Position numbers and translations under genes: made by a program. Below are positions 60,702 to 64,000 of a DNA stretch of 64,000 bases, one piece after another; the first letter of the stretch is position 1; the number at the start of each line of letters is the position of its first letter. This DNA comes from an uncultured Chloroflexia bacterium (GTDB lineage Bacteria; Chloroflexota; Limnocylindria; Limnocylindrales; CSP1-4), in the NCBI GenBank assembly GCA_963752475.1, contig CAVVYR010000019.1, positions 128,001 through 192,000 of the forward strand, read 5' to 3'. The notes under the pieces are model-generated. The model did no database searches and was not told the origin of the DNA. It saw only the letters and a program-made list of their open reading frames with translations.

Positions 60702-61713
60702 CCTCGTCGTCGGGCGGCAGCGGCTCGGAGTTGACCTCGCCCTCGGTGAAGAGATCCATGAGGATGGGGTAGATCTCGTCGAACTTGCCCGTGTTCACCG
60801 CGTCATCGACCATGTTGTGGCCCAGGCCCATCTCCTCGGGCCACTCGTAGACCGAGGCGCTGGCGCCACCTTCCTGCCAAGCCGAGACGATGGCCTCCAC
60901 CGTCTCGGGCTTGACCGCGCCGTCATTCGGGTTGGTCGTGAGCACCACGTGCTCGGCGGTGTGCGGTTCCGTGCGCGCCTGCTCGAGGGTGACCATGCCC
61001 AACCGGATGAGCTGCGCGACCGCGTGCGATGACAGCTTGGGGTAGCCGTAGTCGGGCGGGATGGTCTCCTTCTTGCCCGGGTCCCACCAGTACTGGATGT
61101 CCGGCACCGAGGTGACGGCGTTCACGACCTGCGTCGCGAACCAATCGGGGATGGGACGCAGGTTGACCATCGGCGCCAGGCCTACGACATGGTCGACCTC
61201 GGGTCGGTTCTGGGCGGCCCAGACCGCGGCCACACCACCCGCCGAGAGCCCGCCCACGACGACGCGCTCGCCGAGACCTTCGGCGATATCGATGGCTTCG
61301 TCCGTGGTGCGCACCAGATCCTCGGCCGTGAGCTTGCCCTGGTCGGTCGACAGCTTGTCCACGTATCCGTGATAGGGGTAGCGGGGTACGAGCACGTTCC
61401 AGCCGATCTCATGGAGGTCCGCGCCGAGGCGCCGGTACATGTACGGGCAGTTGGTGTAGCCGTGCAGCAGGACCACGGTCGTCTCCACCGGCTCGTCGTG
61501 GATCATCGACCACGACTCGCAGCGCTCGTCGATGGCCTCGTCGTCCCGCGCCTCGACATCGGCCCAGCGTGCCAGCGCCTCCTCGCGGGAAGTCGCCGGA
61601 TCCGGTTGCGCGGTCAGTGAGTCCGCACCCAGCGGCTTGAGGGTCACGTACAGCAGGAACCCGCCGACGATGACCAGGACCACGACGAGGATGACGACGA
61701 GTGCGCGCTTCAT
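60688..61713 (-). CDS. Membrane-anchored alpha/beta hydrolase (esterase-like)
   Basis: N-terminal TM, LLHGY, GLSAGG nucleophile elbow. Confidence 0.85.
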   Translation of the reverse strand: MKRALVVILVVVLVIVGGFLLYVTLKPLGADSLTAQPDPATSREEALARWADVEARDDEAIDERCESWSMIHDEPVETTVVLLHGYTNCPYMYRRLGADLHEIGWNVLVPRYPYHGYVDKLSTDQGKLTAEDLVRTTDEAIDIAEGLGERVVVGGLSAGGVAAVWAAQNRPEVDHVVGLAPMVNLRPIPDWFATQVVNAVTSVPDIQYWWDPGKKETIPPDYGYPKLSSHAVAQLIRLGMVTLEQARTEPHTAEHVVLTTNPNDGAVKPETVEAIVSAWQEGGASASVYEWPEEMGLGHNMVDDAVNTGKFDEIYPILMDLFTEGEVNSEPLPPDDEATEG

Positions 61714-61723
61714 GCGCTGCAGG

Positions 61724-62328
<605 letters not shown>

Positions 62329-62332
<4 letters not shown>

Positions 62333-63777
62333 TTGGTCTCCTGATCGCTGCTGCCGTAGATGGCCTCGGCCTCTGCCAGCGCGCTCAAGACCGCACCGGC
62401 CTTTGCCGCTACCTCTGCCGATTCGCGCTCTGGCACGGAGTCGGCCACGATGCCGGCGCCGGCGTGGACGAAGGCCGTGCCGTCCTTGAGCACCATCGAG
62501 CGGATGGTGATGGCGGCCTCCACGTCATCGGGGGCGAAGAAGCCGATGGCACCGCCATACGGACCGCGCTGTTCGCGCTCGTGTTCGGCGATGGCCTGCA
62601 TGGCGCGGACCTTGGGCGCACCCGATAGCGTCCCCGCCGGGAACGTCGAACGGACCGCGTCGAAGGCGTCCCGCCCCTCGGCCAGCTCGCCTTCGACCTC
62701 GGACACGATGTGCATCACGTGCGAGTAGCGCTCGATGGCGTGGAGCGAGGCCACGCGCACCGAGCCCGGGGTGGCCACGCGCCCGACATCGTTGCGCGCG
62801 AGGTCCACGAGCATGGCGTGCTCGGCCAGCTCCTTCTCGTCGGCCAGCAGGTCGTCCTCGAGCGCCTGGTCCTCGACCGGGTCGGTCGAGCGGGGCCGGG
62901 TGCCGGCGATGGGTCTCGTGGAGACGACGCCGTCGCGCACGCGTACGAGCAGCTCGGGGGAGGCGCCCAGCACCGAGCGATCGGGCCCCAGGTCGATGGC
63001 GAAGAGATGCGGCGAGGGGTTGATGCGCCGCAGCGAGCGATAGATCTCGAGCGGACCGACCGAGCAGGGCAACTCGAAGCGTCGCGCCGGCACCGTCTGC
63101 AGCATCTCGCCTGCGTGGATGTCGGACACGAGCGTGGCCACGATCTCTTCGTAGCGAGGGTCGGCGGCAGGGGGCGTGTGCTTCGCGGCCGCTGCCGGGA
63201 TCGGCACCGAGGCCTCGATGGCGCAGGGCGTGCCCAGCATCTCGATGGCCTCGTCGAGGCGGTCCTGCGCTCCGGGTCCGTCGAGGGTCGAGACCGTCGC
63301 GGTCTGGGACAGGTGGTCGAAGACGACGAGCGAGTCGGGCAGGTGGAAGAGCGCCAGCGGCAGCCCCACCGGGTTGGCCTTTGGCACCGGCAGCACCGGT
63401 TCGAAGCGCGCCGCCGACTCGTACGAAAGGAAGCCCACGCCCGACGCCAGCGAGACCGGCAACGAGCCGGTGGCGGGCGCGTCGGGCAGCAGCCGGCGCA
63501 GTGCCTCGAGCGGGTCGGTCGCGGGGAAGCGATCGATCTCGGCGTAGTCGTGCGTGCGCACGATGGCCTGCTCTCCCTCGACCGACATGATGCGGCCACG
63601 CACGCCGACCATCGAGTAGCGGCCGTAGCGAGCGCCACCTTCGACCGACTCGAGGATGAACGCGAGGCGGTCCTGGTCGTGCAGACGGAGCGCGGCCGCG
63701 ACCGGACTGATGGTGTCGGCAGAGATCTCGACGGCGGCGACGCCGGCGAGCCCTGGCCGAGGGAGTTGGGTGGTCAT
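62329..63777 (-). CDS. trpE: Anthranilate synthase component I
   Basis: FILES, LRRINPSP, ASPE, PIAGT, EHAMLVDLARND, PAGTLSGAPK. Confidence 0.9.
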
Positions 63778-63786
63778 GGTGTCCTT

Positions 63787-64000
63787 CTAGGGTGTCTCGT
63801 GCTCGTGGAGGTAGTCGATGGCTTCGAGATACCCGCGCCAACCGTGGCCCATGATGCGATGGCTGACGATCGGCTCGATGACCGAGACGCGGCGCCATTC
63901 CTCGCGCGCCATGATGTCGCTGATGTGGATCTCCACGACCGGGCACTCGGCTCCGGCGAGCGCATCGTGGATGGCGTACGAGTAGTGGGTGAAGGCACCG
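63787..64000 (-). CDS. aroQ: Type II 3-dehydroquinate dehydratase, 3' part (truncated by window edge)
   Basis: Translated by hand: GAFTHYSYAIHDAL...VEIHISDIMAREEWRRVSVI. Confidence 0.9.
   Translation of the reverse strand, partial: GAFTHYSYAIHDALAGAECPVVEIHISDIMAREEWRRVSVIEPIVSHRIMGHGWRGYLEAIDYLHEHETP

Overview
A GC-rich bacterial chromosomal segment. Gene content and style suggest Chloroflexota, possibly Limnocylindria-like; this is inference only. From left to right it holds: (1) a tRNA-Arg(TCT) integration hotspot with a duplicated 5' half-tRNA, a GAF-protein islet and a recombinase remnant; (2) a DUF4397 protein; (3) a BlaR1/BlaI-type module whose extracellular sensor is an RTX Ca2+-binding repeat domain resembling the secreted RTX protein transcribed divergently from it, with three phased TACGAC-N5-GTCGTA palindromes and a fourth distal copy before an unannotated CxxC microprotein; (4) a CpaF-Rid fusion, a 51-bp periodic repeat array and a HerA-like ATPase; (5) a frameshifted sugar ABC operon and MFS pair, probably from sequencing indels; (6) Prim-Pol/LigC repair genes and an ArsR-permease-thioredoxin cassette; (7) an L-arabinose regulon (araD, araA, araB, LacI, two ABC systems); (8) trxA, tatA, folE, the mutase B12-binding domain with meaB, vapBC, trpG, trpE and partial aroQ. 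Many genes appear leaderless. The best candidate for an undescribed system is the BlaR1-RTX/BlaI regulon at about 4.0-8.9 kb. All family calls are by motif recognition; no searches were run.
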